A DNA stretch of 64,000 nucleotides from Candidatus Methanophaga sp. AG-394-G06 (GCA_009903405.1 PRCZ01000002.1:912-64911), one strand, 5' to 3'. Counted from the first letter of the stretch, positions 8,713 through 19,642 are shown. Notes: generated from the sequence alone by a model not told the origin. Made by a program: numbers and translations.

Positions 8713-9521
8713 AGAAATGGCTAGAAAGGGAAGAGAAGCCATTACCTAAGGGTAAAAGAAAGAATAAGGATTATCGCGATAGAAAAACTGAGCTATCTGT
8801 TCTTGACATTCCCACGTTGGAGACACTGTATAAATTCAGGAAGCGGGGATTATTAAAAGCGTTGGGTGGTCCTATAAGTAGCGGTAAAGAAGCGGTTATA
8901 TTTCATGCTATTGGTGCAAAAGAGGAGGAGTTGGCGATAAAAATGTATAAAGTAAGCACCTCCAACTTCAATGCCATGCTTGACTATATTATTGGCGACC
9001 CGAGGTTTGAAAACATAAAGCGAGACCGAAGAAGTATCGTATCGGCATGGGCACGAAAAGAGCTAAAGAATCTCAAAAGAGCTTTTGACGCCGGAGTTGA
9101 AGTGCCAAAGCCAATAGCTGTTGATAAAAATGTGCTGATAATGGAGTTTATAGGTCGGGACGGGGTAGCAGCACCAAGATTGAGAGATGTTCCTGAGGAC
9201 ATACTCAAAACTGATTTTGAACTTGAAGAGCTCTTTCTTCGCATCATTTCCTATATTCGGATCATGTATGAGAAGGGGCGGATGGTGCATGCAGACCTCA
9301 GCGAGTTTAACATATTGATGAAAGGGTATGTGGAGCGCGAATTTGAAGGTGCTGACGTTGAGATAGAACCGGTAATAATAGATATGGGGCAAGCTACGCT
9401 TTTGCAGCACCCTAATGCCGATGCGTTCCTCCTGCGTGATGTGAGAAATATCGTTACATTCTTTAACAAACTCGGCTTAAATTGTTCATTCAATGAAACA
9501 ATCCGGCTGATAAAGCGATAA
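8682..9521 (+). CDS. rio1: RIO-type serine/threonine protein kinase (Rio1)
   Basis: The sequences [30 protein letters not shown] and IIDMGQA are present. Adjacency of aIF-1A and Rio1 is a conserved archaeal pairing. Confidence 0.8.
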   Translation: MVKKEGLFEVEKWLEREEKPLPKGKRKNKDYRDRKTELSVLDIPTLETLYKFRKRGLLKALGGPISSGKEAVIFHAIGAKEEELAIKMYKVSTSNFNAMLDYIIGDPRFENIKRDRRSIVSAWARKELKNLKRAFDAGVEVPKPIAVDKNVLIMEFIGRDGVAAPRLRDVPEDILKTDFELEELFLRIISYIRIMYEKGRMVHADLSEFNILMKGYVEREFEGADVEIEPVIIDMGQATLLQHPNADAFLLRDVRNIVTFFNKLGLNCSFNETIRLIKR

Positions 9522-9540
9522 GATCATCATTTTTATAGAA

Positions 9541-10860
9541 ATGAACGGTAAAGAGAGAATAATAGAGACGGCGGTATGTCCATTCTGCGCCTGTTTATGT
9601 GATGATGTGGTTATTTCGGTAGACGTAGAGCGAAACAGAATAAAAGAGATAAGAAATGCTTGCACATTCGGCGTTGAAAAGTTCTTATCGGCGGAGAAGG
9701 CCGAGCAAAGGCTAAAGAAGCCAGCAGTAAACGGTAAAGAGACGGATTATGACGATGCAATAGAAAAGGCGGTGGAGATACTAAATGCTGCGAATAAGCC
9801 GCTTATCTATGGGCTTGGCAATAGTGGCTATAACGCTCAGCGGATAGCGTTAGAAATAGCGAAGCTAAAGAAGGGCGTATATGACATCACGGAATCAATC
9901 TGCCATAATCTTCTGTATTTGGAATTAATGAAGAAGGGCCCTTTTTACTATGCTCTGCTAGATGAGATAAGAGACAACGCCCAGGTCGTCATTTACTGGG
10001 GCGCTAATCCCGTTGTGTCGCATCCAAGACACCTTTCCAAGTACTCTGTATATCCAGTTGGAAGGTATGCAATGAAGGGTGTGATGGATAGGGAACTGAT
10101 TACTATTGATGTGGCTGACAGCGAGTTGAAGAAGATCTCAAGATGGTTCTTGCGTGTTAATCCGGGAGAGGATGCGGAAATAGCGGATATTTTGCGGCGG
10201 CTGGTAAAAGGTGAGTTGTTAAAAGAAGAGCTAACGGGCGGGATGGACATTGATACACTAAGGAAAATGGCAGATAGGCTGAAGAAGGCATTTTATGGTG
10301 TTATCTTCGTGGGCCTTGGTATCTTATCAAATAAAAACGGATCAAAGAGCATTGAAGCCATTTTAGCTCTCGTTGATGCGCTAAACAAGGAAGACGTGAA
10401 TTTCGTATTGTTTCCAATGAAGGGGCATTTTAATGTGCTCGGTGCAGTGAATCTCTTGTTACGTGAGACAGGTTATCCATTTGGCGTGGATTTCTCACGT
10501 GACACTATTTTTGAGCCGGGTAAGACGACAGTTTTGGATGTGATAGCTAGGGGAGAGGTAGATGCTGCATTAATCGTTGGTGCAGACCCTTTCTCTTCGT
10601 TCCCAATGGAAATCGCACGGAAATTGCGCGATCTGCCAATAATCTTGATTGACCCTTTTGAAACACCGACTACGCAGTTCGCATCTGTTGCAATCCCCAC
10701 TGCAATTACGGGTGTCGAGACGGAAGAGATAGCGTATCGGATGGATGGCCTCCCATTGAAGCTCGAAAAAATCGTTGATTGCGAATATCTCGCGGATAAG
10801 GATATTTTGGAGCAGATACTTAAAGGGGTGAATGAATCACAAATACCAAATCGGAAATAA
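9541..10860 (+). CDS. fwdB: Formylmethanofuran dehydrogenase subunit B (molybdopterin oxidoreductase)
   Basis: The N-terminus carries the CPFCACLCDD cluster motif. The length of about 440 aa is typical of FwdB/FmdB. Confidence 0.75.
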   Translation: MNGKERIIETAVCPFCACLCDDVVISVDVERNRIKEIRNACTFGVEKFLSAEKAEQRLKKPAVNGKETDYDDAIEKAVEILNAANKPLIYGLGNSGYNAQRIALEIAKLKKGVYDITESICHNLLYLELMKKGPFYYALLDEIRDNAQVVIYWGANPVVSHPRHLSKYSVYPVGRYAMKGVMDRELITIDVADSELKKISRWFLRVNPGEDAEIADILRRLVKGELLKEELTGGMDIDTLRKMADRLKKAFYGVIFVGLGILSNKNGSKSIEAILALVDALNKEDVNFVLFPMKGHFNVLGAVNLLLRETGYPFGVDFSRDTIFEPGKTTVLDVIARGEVDAALIVGADPFSSFPMEIARKLRDLPIILIDPFETPTTQFASVAIPTAITGVETEEIAYRMDGLPLKLEKIVDCEYLADKDILEQILKGVNESQIPNRK

Positions 10861-10866
10861 AAGTAA

Positions 10867-11967
10867 ATGACCGAACTAACGCTTTCCGGGACAGTTGTAT
10901 ATGGCGATGAATTCGAGGAAATGGCAGGGTATGTGGTAATAGAAGATGGAAAGCTAAAAGAAATCGGTGAGGGGCAGATAGAATCAGCAGTAGAAGGCAT
11001 TATAATTCCGGCTTTCGTCAATGCACATACACACATCGGCGATTCGGTAGCAAAAGAGCCTGATATTATGCCTTTAGAGAACTTAGTGGGTCCCGGAGGG
11101 TATAAACATAAAATATTGGGAGAAACAGCACATGAAACGCTTGTTTCCGCGATGAGCGATGCCATTGCTGACATTTTTGCTACTGGTACACAGATGTTCG
11201 CGGATTTCCGTGAAGGTGGCATTTCGGGTATGCAAGCATTGGAAGAAGCTTTCAATCTGGCTGGAAGGCGCGAGAATTTAAGTATGAAATCATTCGGCAG
11301 AATGACAGAGAAAGCGAAGCGTAGCGATGAAGATATTAACGGGCTTTTTGAAGCTGTGGATGGACTCGGGCTGAGCAGTGTGGCGGACTATCCGCAGGCA
11401 GAGTTGATATTTTTGGCCGATGAGACGAAGAGAAGGGGGAAAATGTTCGCACTTCACGCGGGTGAAAGGAATGCCGATGACATAAGTGGCGCGATAGAAC
11501 TTGAGCCCGACTTCATCGTGCATCTTATACATGCATCACCGCAGGACTTCAAGAGGATGCATGATATGGATATTGATTCTGTCGTCTGTATTCGGTCAAA
11601 TCTGGTGACTGGTATGGGACTGCCGCCTTTGCTTCAAATGCTTGAGTCTGGATTAGCTGTGGGTGTCGGCACAGATAACGTGATGCTCAACTCGCCTAAT
11701 ATGTTCTCCGAGCTGGAATTCATCGCCAAGATTTTTCGGCTCGATGAAAGAGAAGTAATGAAGATGTGCACACTTAATTCCGCAAAGATACTGAATGAGG
11801 AAAAATTCACGGGGTCCATAGAAGAGGGTAAAAAGGCGAATTTGTTGGTGATAAAAAACGACACGCCAAATATGCGAAACGTGAGGAATCCAATAAGAGG
11901 GGTGGTGAGGAGAGCGACACGTGATGATATAGCAGCGATAGTGCATGAAGGGGTGATTGTGCAGTGA
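10867..11967 (+). CDS. Amidohydrolase-superfamily metal-dependent hydrolase
   Basis: The HxH motif (PAFVNAHTHIGDS) is present, and HAGE and GTDN motifs occur downstream. The gene is adjacent to fwdB. Confidence 0.65.
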   Translation: MTELTLSGTVVYGDEFEEMAGYVVIEDGKLKEIGEGQIESAVEGIIIPAFVNAHTHIGDSVAKEPDIMPLENLVGPGGYKHKILGETAHETLVSAMSDAIADIFATGTQMFADFREGGISGMQALEEAFNLAGRRENLSMKSFGRMTEKAKRSDEDINGLFEAVDGLGLSSVADYPQAELIFLADETKRRGKMFALHAGERNADDISGAIELEPDFIVHLIHASPQDFKRMHDMDIDSVVCIRSNLVTGMGLPPLLQMLESGLAVGVGTDNVMLNSPNMFSELEFIAKIFRLDEREVMKMCTLNSAKILNEEKFTGSIEEGKKANLLVIKNDTPNMRNVRNPIRGVVRRATRDDIAAIVHEGVIVQ

Positions 11968-12082
11968 CTTGATAAACAAGAGATATGCAAGTTATTTATA
12001 TTCATCCGGAGGGAAGAAACTAATAAAGATGGAAAAGATAAAGCGCGAAGAAACAGTGGGAAAAGTCTAAAATAATTTTTGA

Positions 12083-12676
12083 TCATTTTAACTTTTGTAA
12101 AATGCTATCGACCATTCGCAAATCATCTCGTGTATTAACATTTATGCCAAGTAAAGGATCATTAAACAAAAAAGGTATCGTATCTTTAGAACTCGTGACC
12201 ACATTGATGCCACAGGAAACGAGTTCTTTACCTTCATGCTCGAACGTGTAGCTTGGTATTACCTTCTTTGGCACTATCTTCCGGGAAACAGCGCCTGTGA
12301 TGCTAGTGCGGTGCGAGGAAAAAGCGTCTAGCATCGCATTAATATGCTCAGTTCTTAAAAACGGGATGTCACATGCAACTGATATGAATTCTGGATAACA
12401 CGAGAGCAGATATTGCAAATCTTCGTGATAACCCGCCCCTGGTGTTGCTACTGTTTTATATCTTACACGTTTGCAATACGCCTCTGTTTCTGGTGTGTTG
12501 TCTGAGATAGCCACGATAAAATCCGATACTCTTGATTTGGAAACGCTCTCGACAACCAAATCTATTAGTCGCTTTCCATCTATCTTTGTAACTGCCTTCT
12601 CACCCCCTCTATGCCACCCCATTCTGCTGCTCTTCCCACCTGCAAGGATTATCGCAATCATTACATTAAACCCCAA
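12083..12676 (-). CDS. Nucleotidyltransferase of the MobA/CobY family (probable adenosylcobinamide-phosphate or molybdopterin guanylyltransferase)
   Basis: The motif ILAGGKSSRMG....K is present and the protein is about 195 aa. The true start may be the internal Met at 12661. Confidence 0.55.
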   Translation of the reverse strand: MGFNVMIAIILAGGKSSRMGWHRGGEKAVTKIDGKRLIDLVVESVSKSRVSDFIVAISDNTPETEAYCKRVRYKTVATPGAGYHEDLQYLLSCYPEFISVACDIPFLRTEHINAMLDAFSSHRTSITGAVSRKIVPKKVIPSYTFEHEGKELVSCGINVVTSSKDTIPFLFNDPLLGINVNTRDDLRMVDSILQKLK

Positions 12677-12737
12677 ATTTTAATTGCTCTCTGAATAGTA
12701 AAATTTATATCTTTATAGCTCAATTATACAATGAGAC

Positions 12738-13226
12738 TTGAAAATGAGGATAAAATCATCGGCTGAAATAGCACAGATACTAAAAGAGAAATGGGATAAG
12801 AGCAAGAATAGGGAAGACTGGAGAGTACTATCCGGACGAAATCCAAAAGGTCGGTATGACATGTTCATCTCCAGCTCTGAGCGTATATGGCAGATAAAAA
12901 TTGAGCATACGGGACGTAATGAAGCGATGGGATTTGGCTGTGAAGTAGGGAAAACCGATGATGAAATAGGAAAGCTTATGGTTACAGGCGCGCCAGTTCC
13001 TTTCGGTTTGATCTCGCCTCAAAAGGCCGATCCTGCCATTATAATGGCCGGTATGCAGCAATATTCCTCTGATTCTGCTAATGCGCTTTCTACGGACTAT
13101 ATATCAGAAAAGCAAGCGAAGCTGGATGAGAAGTTGGACCTGGAGATAGAGCGAATGAATAGTGATCCAATGTTAAGAAGAAGGTATAGAGAGCAGAAAG
13201 AGCGGGAGCGAACCCCTTATTTGTGA
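12738..13226 (+). CDS. Hypothetical protein
   Basis: This is a 162-aa ORF with a plausible coding composition. No motif was recognised. Confidence 0.45.
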   Translation: MKMRIKSSAEIAQILKEKWDKSKNREDWRVLSGRNPKGRYDMFISSSERIWQIKIEHTGRNEAMGFGCEVGKTDDEIGKLMVTGAPVPFGLISPQKADPAIIMAGMQQYSSDSANALSTDYISEKQAKLDEKLDLEIERMNSDPMLRRRYREQKERERTPYL

Positions 13227-13813
13227 TGGTGTTGCATATAAACAAAAAGGGGATAAGAGTACTCGGTATTGCAGAAAGCTTCAAGCGCGGAGAAGAGAAG
13301 TCAGTGCTTGCAGGTGTCGTTATGCGGTCAGATAACATTATAGACGGCGTTGTTTTCGACAGTATAGCCGTAGGCGGAATGGATGCTACCGACGGGATTT
13401 TACGCCTATTCCAATCTCTTCAGCGAGATGATATAAACGTGATGATGCTAAATGGATGTGTCATCAGTTGGTTTAACATCGTGGATATAAAGACGGTATA
13501 CAAAAAGCTGCGTATTCCGCTAATCTGTGTCACTTACGAGGAATCGGAAGGTTTGGAAGAGCATATAACCAAGCATTTTGCAACAAGTGAGTGCGATTTA
13601 CGGATAGCCGCCTATAGAATGCTTGGAAACCGTGTGCCTGTGAAACTGCATGATAATTTTGAGATATTAATACGTTTTCTAGGTATGCAAAAAGCCGAAG
13701 CTGGCGCGCTGCTTAAAAAATTCATCTTACATGGCAAAGTGCCCGAGCCATTAAGGGTTGCGAAGATAGCTGCAAGGGCAATCATCAGAACGAATAAAAC
13801 GTTCTTTTGGTAA
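13223..13813 (+). CDS. DUF99/UPF0215 family protein
   Basis: The motif GIAESF...LAGVVMR.D..IDG is typical of the archaeal UPF0215 family. The gene overlaps the upstream ORF by 4 nt. Confidence 0.6.
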   Translation: MMVLHINKKGIRVLGIAESFKRGEEKSVLAGVVMRSDNIIDGVVFDSIAVGGMDATDGILRLFQSLQRDDINVMMLNGCVISWFNIVDIKTVYKKLRIPLICVTYEESEGLEEHITKHFATSECDLRIAAYRMLGNRVPVKLHDNFEILIRFLGMQKAEAGALLKKFILHGKVPEPLRVAKIAARAIIRTNKTFFW

Positions 13814-13840
13814 ATAAAGCTTTTCTTACAAAGAAAAGGT

Positions 13841-14800
13841 TTATAGCAGCACATCTATATCCAACTGCTCTGATAATTCTTTGTATCTGTTCCGGATCGT
13901 AACTTCTGTCACACCCGTAACATCTGATACTTCTTTCTGTGTGCGATGTTCACCACTTAATATTGCCGCGATATAAATAGCTGCGGCTGCTATGCCTATC
14001 GGCCCTCGCCCATTGGTCAGTTCCGCTTCCGATGCTTTTTTTATTATCTCTACTGCTTTTGACCTTATCTCACCGCTCAGATCGAGTTGGGAGCAGAAAC
14101 GAGGCACGAAGTCTACAGGAGAAGCAGGCGTGACTTTCAGATCTAGCTCACGTAAAAGGAATCGATAGGCTCTACTTATCTCCTTCTGCCCGACCCGAGA
14201 CACATCCCTGACTTCTTCCAGAGTTCGCGGCACACCATACTGCCTACAACAAACATACAAGATCGCAGAGGTTATTCCTTCTATGCTCCGCCCGCGAATT
14301 AGATGCTTCTTCATTGCCTTCCTATATAGCATAGATGCCGCCTCACGGATATTTATCGGTAATCTAAGCGCACTTGCCATCCGATCTATCTCAGAAAGTG
14401 CAAAAATAAAGCTCCGCTCTGTTGTATTCGCAATGTGAGTCCACTGTTGCCTTTTCTTTAGCTTATATTGGCCCTGACCCGGTGAACTCCAGGTGACAAG
14501 TGTGCTAAGGCCCTTGTCATGTATCCGATAAGTCATCGGTGCTCCAACCCTAGCCCTTTTTGACGCCTGCTCGGAATCAAAGGCTCGCCATTCAGGTCCA
14601 AGATCCACGATATTCTCGGCTATTACCAGTCCACAATCAGCACAGAAAAGCTCTGCTTTACCATAATCTCTTACCAAGTTCTTAGAACCACACTCAGGGC
14701 ATTCTTTTAGCTTCTCTTCAGCGTCCGCTTTAGCTTTATCCCCTCTCCGTCTATTTCCATTATACTTCCCCTTTTCCTCAATACTCTCTGGGGACACCAT
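13841..14800 (-). CDS. tfb: Transcription initiation factor IIB (TFB)
   Basis: The N-terminal zinc ribbon CPECGS...CADCG is followed by two cyclin-like repeats. Confidence 0.9.
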   Translation of the reverse strand: MVSPESIEEKGKYNGNRRRGDKAKADAEEKLKECPECGSKNLVRDYGKAELFCADCGLVIAENIVDLGPEWRAFDSEQASKRARVGAPMTYRIHDKGLSTLVTWSSPGQGQYKLKKRQQWTHIANTTERSFIFALSEIDRMASALRLPINIREAASMLYRKAMKKHLIRGRSIEGITSAILYVCCRQYGVPRTLEEVRDVSRVGQKEISRAYRFLLRELDLKVTPASPVDFVPRFCSQLDLSGEIRSKAVEIIKKASEAELTNGRGPIGIAAAAIYIAAILSGEHRTQKEVSDVTGVTEVTIRNRYKELSEQLDIDVLL

Positions 14801-14812
14801 TTTTTATTTACT

Positions 14813-15445
14813 TTACTCCTTAGGCATATATAAATGAACAGTTTTCCAAGATCGTCTCACGTAAGCGGGAATATTGTCCAGCTCTTTCCCTTTTAGTAGC
14901 CCTTTTAGAAATTGAATGGTTTTCAGGTCCGCAGGGTATCCACTTCCTATCTCTGCTCCTATCTCCGCCTCAATCACTCTTATAGATCTATCTCGGTGTA
15001 CCTTCGCAACTATAGATGCTGCGCTGACAACGGGGTAGTGATCATCCGCTTTCCACTCAGAGGTTATTCCGAGCTCCCCGACCCCCTTGTAGTTCGACCT
15101 AAGATTAGCCGCGAACCGCTCTGGCTTTACATCCGCAGCATCAACAAAAGCCCGGGCCGGCTGAAAATGGTTGATCACTTCGGAAAAGAGGTCGACCGTG
15201 ATTTCATTTAAAGTACGCTCTTCTCTCGCTTTGTCTATCTCGCTTGCAGTTATCGCCACGACATAAACCTCGGTCGCATCTTCTATAATTTTCGCCAGGT
15301 ATTCTCTTCTCGAAGCGCTCAATCGCTTTGAATCTTTTACCCCTAGCTCTTCCAGCCCATCATAATTTAAAACACCGGCAACAAACATAGACCCTATTAC
15401 AGGACCTCTACCCGCTTCGTCAACACCTATCTCTCTTAGTTCCAT
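14813..15445 (-). CDS. rnhB: Ribonuclease HII
   Basis: The sequence GVDEAGRGPVIGSMFVAGV is present and the protein is about 210 aa. Confidence 0.9.
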   Translation of the reverse strand: MELREIGVDEAGRGPVIGSMFVAGVLNYDGLEELGVKDSKRLSASRREYLAKIIEDATEVYVVAITASEIDKAREERTLNEITVDLFSEVINHFQPARAFVDAADVKPERFAANLRSNYKGVGELGITSEWKADDHYPVVSAASIVAKVHRDRSIRVIEAEIGAEIGSGYPADLKTIQFLKGLLKGKELDNIPAYVRRSWKTVHLYMPKE

Positions 15446-15588
15446 CTTTTCAATACTTATATTTTCTCTTCAAGTATTTTTATTATCAGCAATTGATCGC
15501 TGAGACTTTTATGAGGTTGGGATGAGGAAGCAATGAGATATTTTAGACTTGGCGAGAGAGCAAGGATAATCACCTATTCCTCTTTTCG

Positions 15589-16053
15589 TTACGTCAAGCC
15601 TAATTTTTCTTCCATTTCCCTATCTTCCGCTTCTTTCATCCATCTATAAGTGATTCCATATTCTTTTATATATATCTTCAAAATCCCCATTAAATCTTTT
15701 AAAATACCGCCTTCGAGTTCAAGCAAATTTTTGCGTCTTCTTTTAACCTCTGTTTTGCACTCTTTAACCTCTTTTCCTTCTCTGAAACGGAGAAACTCCT
15801 TGCCGTATAAACTCCAGAATTTATGATATGTATAGTGCTCGTTTAACTCTTGCTGATTCTTAACAATTAGCTCTGAAATGAATCCAAAATTTTTGTCGGT
15901 AGCTTCAAAACGGCTTTTTTTCTCAGGTTTTTCACTTTTTCTATATTCTTCAAATCTCTCCGAAACAGTGTTTCTGAAATCCGGCAGTGATTTAATTTCA
16001 TCTGCAAACTCTTTCAAGCTCTCTTTTAACTTTTCCACCACATTATCATGCAC
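15589..16053 (-). CDS. Hypothetical Lys/Glu-rich protein
   Basis: This is a 154-aa ORF in an AT-rich segment. No motif was recognised. Confidence 0.4.
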   Translation of the reverse strand: MHDNVVEKLKESLKEFADEIKSLPDFRNTVSERFEEYRKSEKPEKKSRFEATDKNFGFISELIVKNQQELNEHYTYHKFWSLYGKEFLRFREGKEVKECKTEVKRRRKNLLELEGGILKDLMGILKIYIKEYGITYRWMKEAEDREMEEKLGLT

Positions 16054-16055
16054 TT

Positions 16056-16466
16056 CTATTTTTTAGTGACTTTTGAATAAGCTGTCTTAAAATCATCATA
16101 GATAAGTTTCTTTATGCCCCAAAATGGGAACGTAAGTTCTGTAATATTAGTAACATATCGGATATTCCTTATTTTTTCCCATCCAAAATCCCCCTTCTTC
16201 AAGTAACTTTTCTGGCTCTCCAATCTTTTAACCAGAGGATTAATTACAAAATCAGAGATTTCTTGAATGCGTGGCTTCTTTTTCTCTCTTTGCTGTTCCC
16301 GTAAGAGTAAATAAGTTAAAGTTGCGTAAATTACCGTGGCTGTTGCTATTACCACAGAAGACAACGCATTTGCGTAATATTCCAAATTGTAAATCAAGAT
16401 GATAGCTGGTGGTAAAACAAATATCGCTATCAAGGAAAATATGACTCCGATAGCTTTTTTATCCAT
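16056..16466 (-). CDS. Hypothetical membrane protein
   Basis: This is a 136-aa ORF with two N-terminal TM segments, lying in the same AT-rich island. Confidence 0.4.
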   Translation of the reverse strand: MDKKAIGVIFSLIAIFVLPPAIILIYNLEYYANALSSVVIATATVIYATLTYLLLREQQREKKKPRIQEISDFVINPLVKRLESQKSYLKKGDFGWEKIRNIRYVTNITELTFPFWGIKKLIYDDFKTAYSKVTKK

Positions 16467-16605
16467 TTATATAGGTTCTTCACCCCCTTCGCCTTTCATT
16501 TCTGTTCTGAAAGACTTGCAAGCAGTTCCGCATTGCTTAGTGCTTCTGCACAATACTTCGCTAATCTTTCTCGTGGTCGCCCATCCAGCGGTAAATCCCT
16601 TGTCT

Positions 16606-17066
16606 TCATTTTATCCCCTTTGATTTGTTTTTCCGTAAATCGTCATATGCGGAGGTGGCAGCGATAGCGCCTTCCGCACATGCTACTACTATTTGTCTCA
16701 CGCCACCGGTTATGTCCCCTGCAGCATATACCCGCTCGAGGTTCGTTCTCTGGCTTTTATCTGTAATTATGTAACCTCTTTTATGCATCTTAATACCCAT
16801 TTGCGTGGCTAACCCATTTACGTGGCTAACCCATTTACGGGCTCTTCGCCTTTTGTGAGATATGAGTCCTTTTTCGTGATTATTGTCATCTCTTCCGCCT
16901 TGGACTCTACCTTTTTAACTTCTTCCAGCTCGTTTGATAATCCGTCGCATATCCCCTTATCAAGCACTAGTGTCTCCAATCCGCTTCTTACGGCATACAT
17001 CCCCGTGGTTATTCCTACGGGACCCGTTCTGACAACAATCAAATCTTTTTTCATAATCTCAACCAC
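16606..17066 (-). pseudogene. trxB: Thioredoxin-disulfide reductase (trxB) remnant; the N-terminal and C-terminal fragments are present but the central NADPH/CxxC domain is missing
   Basis: The 82-aa N-terminal fragment (DLIVVRTGPVGITTGMYAVRSGLETLVLDKG) matches the FAD-binding fold with a degenerate GxGxxG. The 64-aa C-terminal fragment (RGYIITD...[32 protein letters not shown]) matches the TrxB C-terminus. The two fragments are only 18 bp apart, at a 17-bp tandem repeat. Confidence 0.6.
16796..16842. repeat. Tandem 17-bp repeat (about 2.7 units) at the trxB deletion junction
   Basis: The units read cccatttgcgtggctaa, cccatttacgtggctaa and cccatttacgggc. Confidence 0.8.
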
Positions 17067-17081
17067 AGGAAAATACGATTA

Positions 17082-17089
17082 TTTTATAA
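17082..17089 (+). promoter_or_regulatory. Candidate TATA box for tRNA-Val
   Basis: TTTTATAA is centred about 30 bp upstream of the mature tRNA 5' end. A purine-rich BRE-like stretch precedes it. Confidence 0.35.
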
Positions 17090-17115
17090 GCACGTACTTA
17101 TTATAAATGCTCATA

Positions 17116-17188
17116 GGGCCCGTGGTCTAGTTGGAATGACGTCGCCTTGACATGGCGGAGGTCATGCGTTCAAATCGCATCGGGCCCA
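17116..17188 (+). tRNA. tRNA-Val (anticodon GAC)
   Basis: A manual cloverleaf fits: a 7-bp acceptor stem GGGCCCG/CGGGCCC, a D-arm, anticodon stem TCGCC/GGCGG with loop TTGACAT, and T-arm ATGCG-TTCAAAT-CGCAT. The discriminator is A and no CCA is encoded. Confidence 0.85.
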
Positions 17189-17348
17189 TAGAATCTCCCC
17201 AAAAAGCGGGAAATTTTTGTGCCTGCCGATAATGCAAAATGAAAAGAGCAAAAGTCAAAGTACAACAGATGGCGACAATAAGTGTTTTTGTGGCTGTCTC
17301 ACAATTGATTTTGAATTGTTGGAGAGCCCCTCAAAATCAGTAACAAAA

Positions 17349-17648
17349 TTATGTCCCTCCTTTTTGCGGGCTCAAATGTTCAGCGCGTATAAATAAATCC
17401 TTCTTCCGCTTCGAATCCGCTATCTCAACGATGTAAGCTCTCCCTCGCGTCCCTTTCACCTCGCCCGTCAAGCCGTGGAATCTATGATGTGGCATACCCT
17501 TATGAATGCTGGGGTCTATACGAATGTGCACTTTCTCTCCTAGTTCAAAGCTTTGGATGGCTCTACTTATAGGGGACAATCCTCGCTCTCTCTTCCTTTT
17601 GCTCAACTTCTTCCTTGTTCTTTTCCTCTCTCCATGTGAACGTGGCAT
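17349..17648 (-). CDS. rpl21e: 50S ribosomal protein L21e
   Basis: The sequence [17 protein letters not shown]...[14 protein letters not shown]...[11 protein letters not shown] is present and the protein is about 99 aa. Confidence 0.9.
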   Translation of the reverse strand: MPRSHGERKRTRKKLSKRKRERGLSPISRAIQSFELGEKVHIRIDPSIHKGMPHHRFHGLTGEVKGTRGRAYIVEIADSKRKKDLFIRAEHLSPQKGGT

Positions 17649-17727
17649 TTCTTCTACCTCAGCAAATAAATGGTTATTCTTCTATATATATTTGTGTTTT
17701 TTATACGAAAAGACCTAAATTTTTATT

Positions 17728-19020
17728 ATGAGAAAGATGAGAACATCGCGAATATCTGGTTTTTATAAGCTAAGAGTAGAAGAGCGATTAGAGAAGCTAA
17801 GCGATTTTGCAGATCTAACAGAAGAGGAGCTAAAAGTACTTGGCAATACCGGGGCACTTGGAGAGATAGCGGACAGAATGATAGAGAACGTTGTTGGCAC
17901 CATGCCATTGCCAGTAGGAATTGCCGTGAATTTCGTTATCAATGGCAAAGATCATCTGATACCAATGGCAATAGAAGAGCCGTCTGTGGTCGCAGCAGCA
18001 AGCAATGCGGCAAAAATCGCACGGCAAAAGGGTGGGTTTCAGGCAGGTTCCACAGACCCTATAATGATCGGACAGATACAGGTGACGGAGGTTTCCGATC
18101 CGGCATCTGCGAAATTCAGCATTCTCACACATAAGCAAGAGATTTTAGACAGTGCGAATGAAAATGACCCTGTGCTTGTGAGCCTTGGCGGTGGTGCGAA
18201 AGACCTCGAGGTAGAGGTCATTGATACGCTTGCAGGACCCATGGTGATAGTCCATCTTTTAGTCAACGTTAAGGATGCGATGGGTGCGAATGCGGTAAAT
18301 ACTATGGCTGAAGCGGTTGCACCATTTATTGAGCAACTCACGAATGGCAAAGTGAATCTGCGCATCATCTCTAATCTCGCAACGCACAGGTTAGCGTTTG
18401 CACGTGCGGTTTTTGCAAAAGACGATATCGGTGGCGAGGATGTTGTTGATGGTGTCATCAGCGCGTACCTGCTTGCAAAGTCCGATCCGTACAGATGTGC
18501 AACCCATAACAAGGGTATAATGAATGGTATAGACCCGGTTGTAATAGCCACAGGTAACGATTTCCGCGCGATTGAGGCGGGCGCACATTCGTACGCCAGT
18601 ATTACCGGGCAATATCTACCATTAACCAAATGGGAAAAGGATAAGAACCATGATCTGGTTGGTACTATTGAACTGCCCATTGCGGTCGGCCTTGTTGGTG
18701 GTGCCACAACGGTTCATCCGACAGCGAAGATAAATGTCAAGATACTTGGTGTGAAGACGGCAAACGAGCTTGCGGAAATCATCGCCGCTGTGGGTCTAGC
18801 GCAGAATTTCGCGGCACTTCGCGCTTTAGCAACTGAAGGCATTCAACGTGGGCATATGTCCCTACATGCAAGGAATGTCGCCATATCAGCCGGTGCGAAG
18901 GGTGAAATGATAGACAAGGTGGTGGAAGTCATGGTGAGGGAGAAGAAGGTGAGAATCGATAGGGCGAAGGAAGTGCTGGCTGATTTTTTTACATCCACTG
19001 GAGATAATGTTCACGTATGA
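17728..19020 (+). CDS. hmgA: HMG-CoA reductase
   Basis: The sequences [42 protein letters not shown] and GATTVHP are present. The EEPSVVAA motif resembles class II enzymes. Confidence 0.9.
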   Translation: MRKMRTSRISGFYKLRVEERLEKLSDFADLTEEELKVLGNTGALGEIADRMIENVVGTMPLPVGIAVNFVINGKDHLIPMAIEEPSVVAAASNAAKIARQKGGFQAGSTDPIMIGQIQVTEVSDPASAKFSILTHKQEILDSANENDPVLVSLGGGAKDLEVEVIDTLAGPMVIVHLLVNVKDAMGANAVNTMAEAVAPFIEQLTNGKVNLRIISNLATHRLAFARAVFAKDDIGGEDVVDGVISAYLLAKSDPYRCATHNKGIMNGIDPVVIATGNDFRAIEAGAHSYASITGQYLPLTKWEKDKNHDLVGTIELPIAVGLVGGATTVHPTAKINVKILGVKTANELAEIIAAVGLAQNFAALRALATEGIQRGHMSLHARNVAISAGAKGEMIDKVVEVMVREKKVRIDRAKEVLADFFTSTGDNVHV

Positions 19021-19642
19021 AATCGTAATTCCTTTTGACGTTACTCCGCCCTTTTAGTATCGCCCCATGTCCGGGCAGCAGAAGCTCGGTATCCAGCGTC
19101 GAAATCGTATTAATAGAGTTTATCAGCTCTTCATTGTTACCAAACGGCAAATCTGTTCGCCCTATGCCTTTATCAAATACCAAATCGCCCGAAATCAGTG
19201 TCTTCTTATCCACAGCGTAAAAGCAAATGCTCTCTGGGGAATGCCCGGGTGTATGCTGTATCCTCAACTCGGTGTGCTCTAAACTATCCTCAAACACAAA
19301 ATCCACCTCAAATTTCTTTGCTTCTATGCCTAAAACACGCGATGCTTCCTCTAATAGTATGTCACGATATTCCCATTGTGACACATGTACCGCAACTTTA
19401 GCACAGGAAACATCTTTAAGTGCTGCTGTTGCATCACAATGGTCAGGATGGAGATGCGTAATTGCTATAACATCTACTTCTTTTGGGGCTATGCCATCTT
19501 CCTGCATCTCTTTGAGTAGTAGTCCAAGGTAATTCCCCAGTCCCGGGTCTATAAGGACTGTTTGTTCTCCCCTTATCACGTACGTGTTTGCATCAAGCAC
19601 GCCCTTCTCTCTGTACATGTACACGCCATCTTGAAGTTTCAT
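18989..19642 (-). CDS. MBL-fold metallo-hydrolase
   Basis: The HxHxDH motif ([10 protein letters not shown]) and downstream His/Asp ligands are present. The gene overlaps the hmgA 3' end by 32 nt. Confidence 0.75.
   Translation of the reverse strand: MKLQDGVYMYREKGVLDANTYVIRGEQTVLIDPGLGNYLGLLLKEMQEDGIAPKEVDVIAITHLHPDHCDATAALKDVSCAKVAVHVSQWEYRDILLEEASRVLGIEAKKFEVDFVFEDSLEHTELRIQHTPGHSPESICFYAVDKKTLISGDLVFDKGIGRTDLPFGNNEELINSINTISTLDTELLLPGHGAILKGRSNVKRNYDFIREHYLQWM

Noticed and set aside
10473-11255. Long antisense ORFs (also 18039-18707, 57610-58404 and 38367-39062)
   Set aside because: They lie opposite strongly supported genes (fwdB/amidohydrolase, hmgA, tuf and cheA) and have Ser/Thr/Pro-rich, low-information translations typical of antisense frames.
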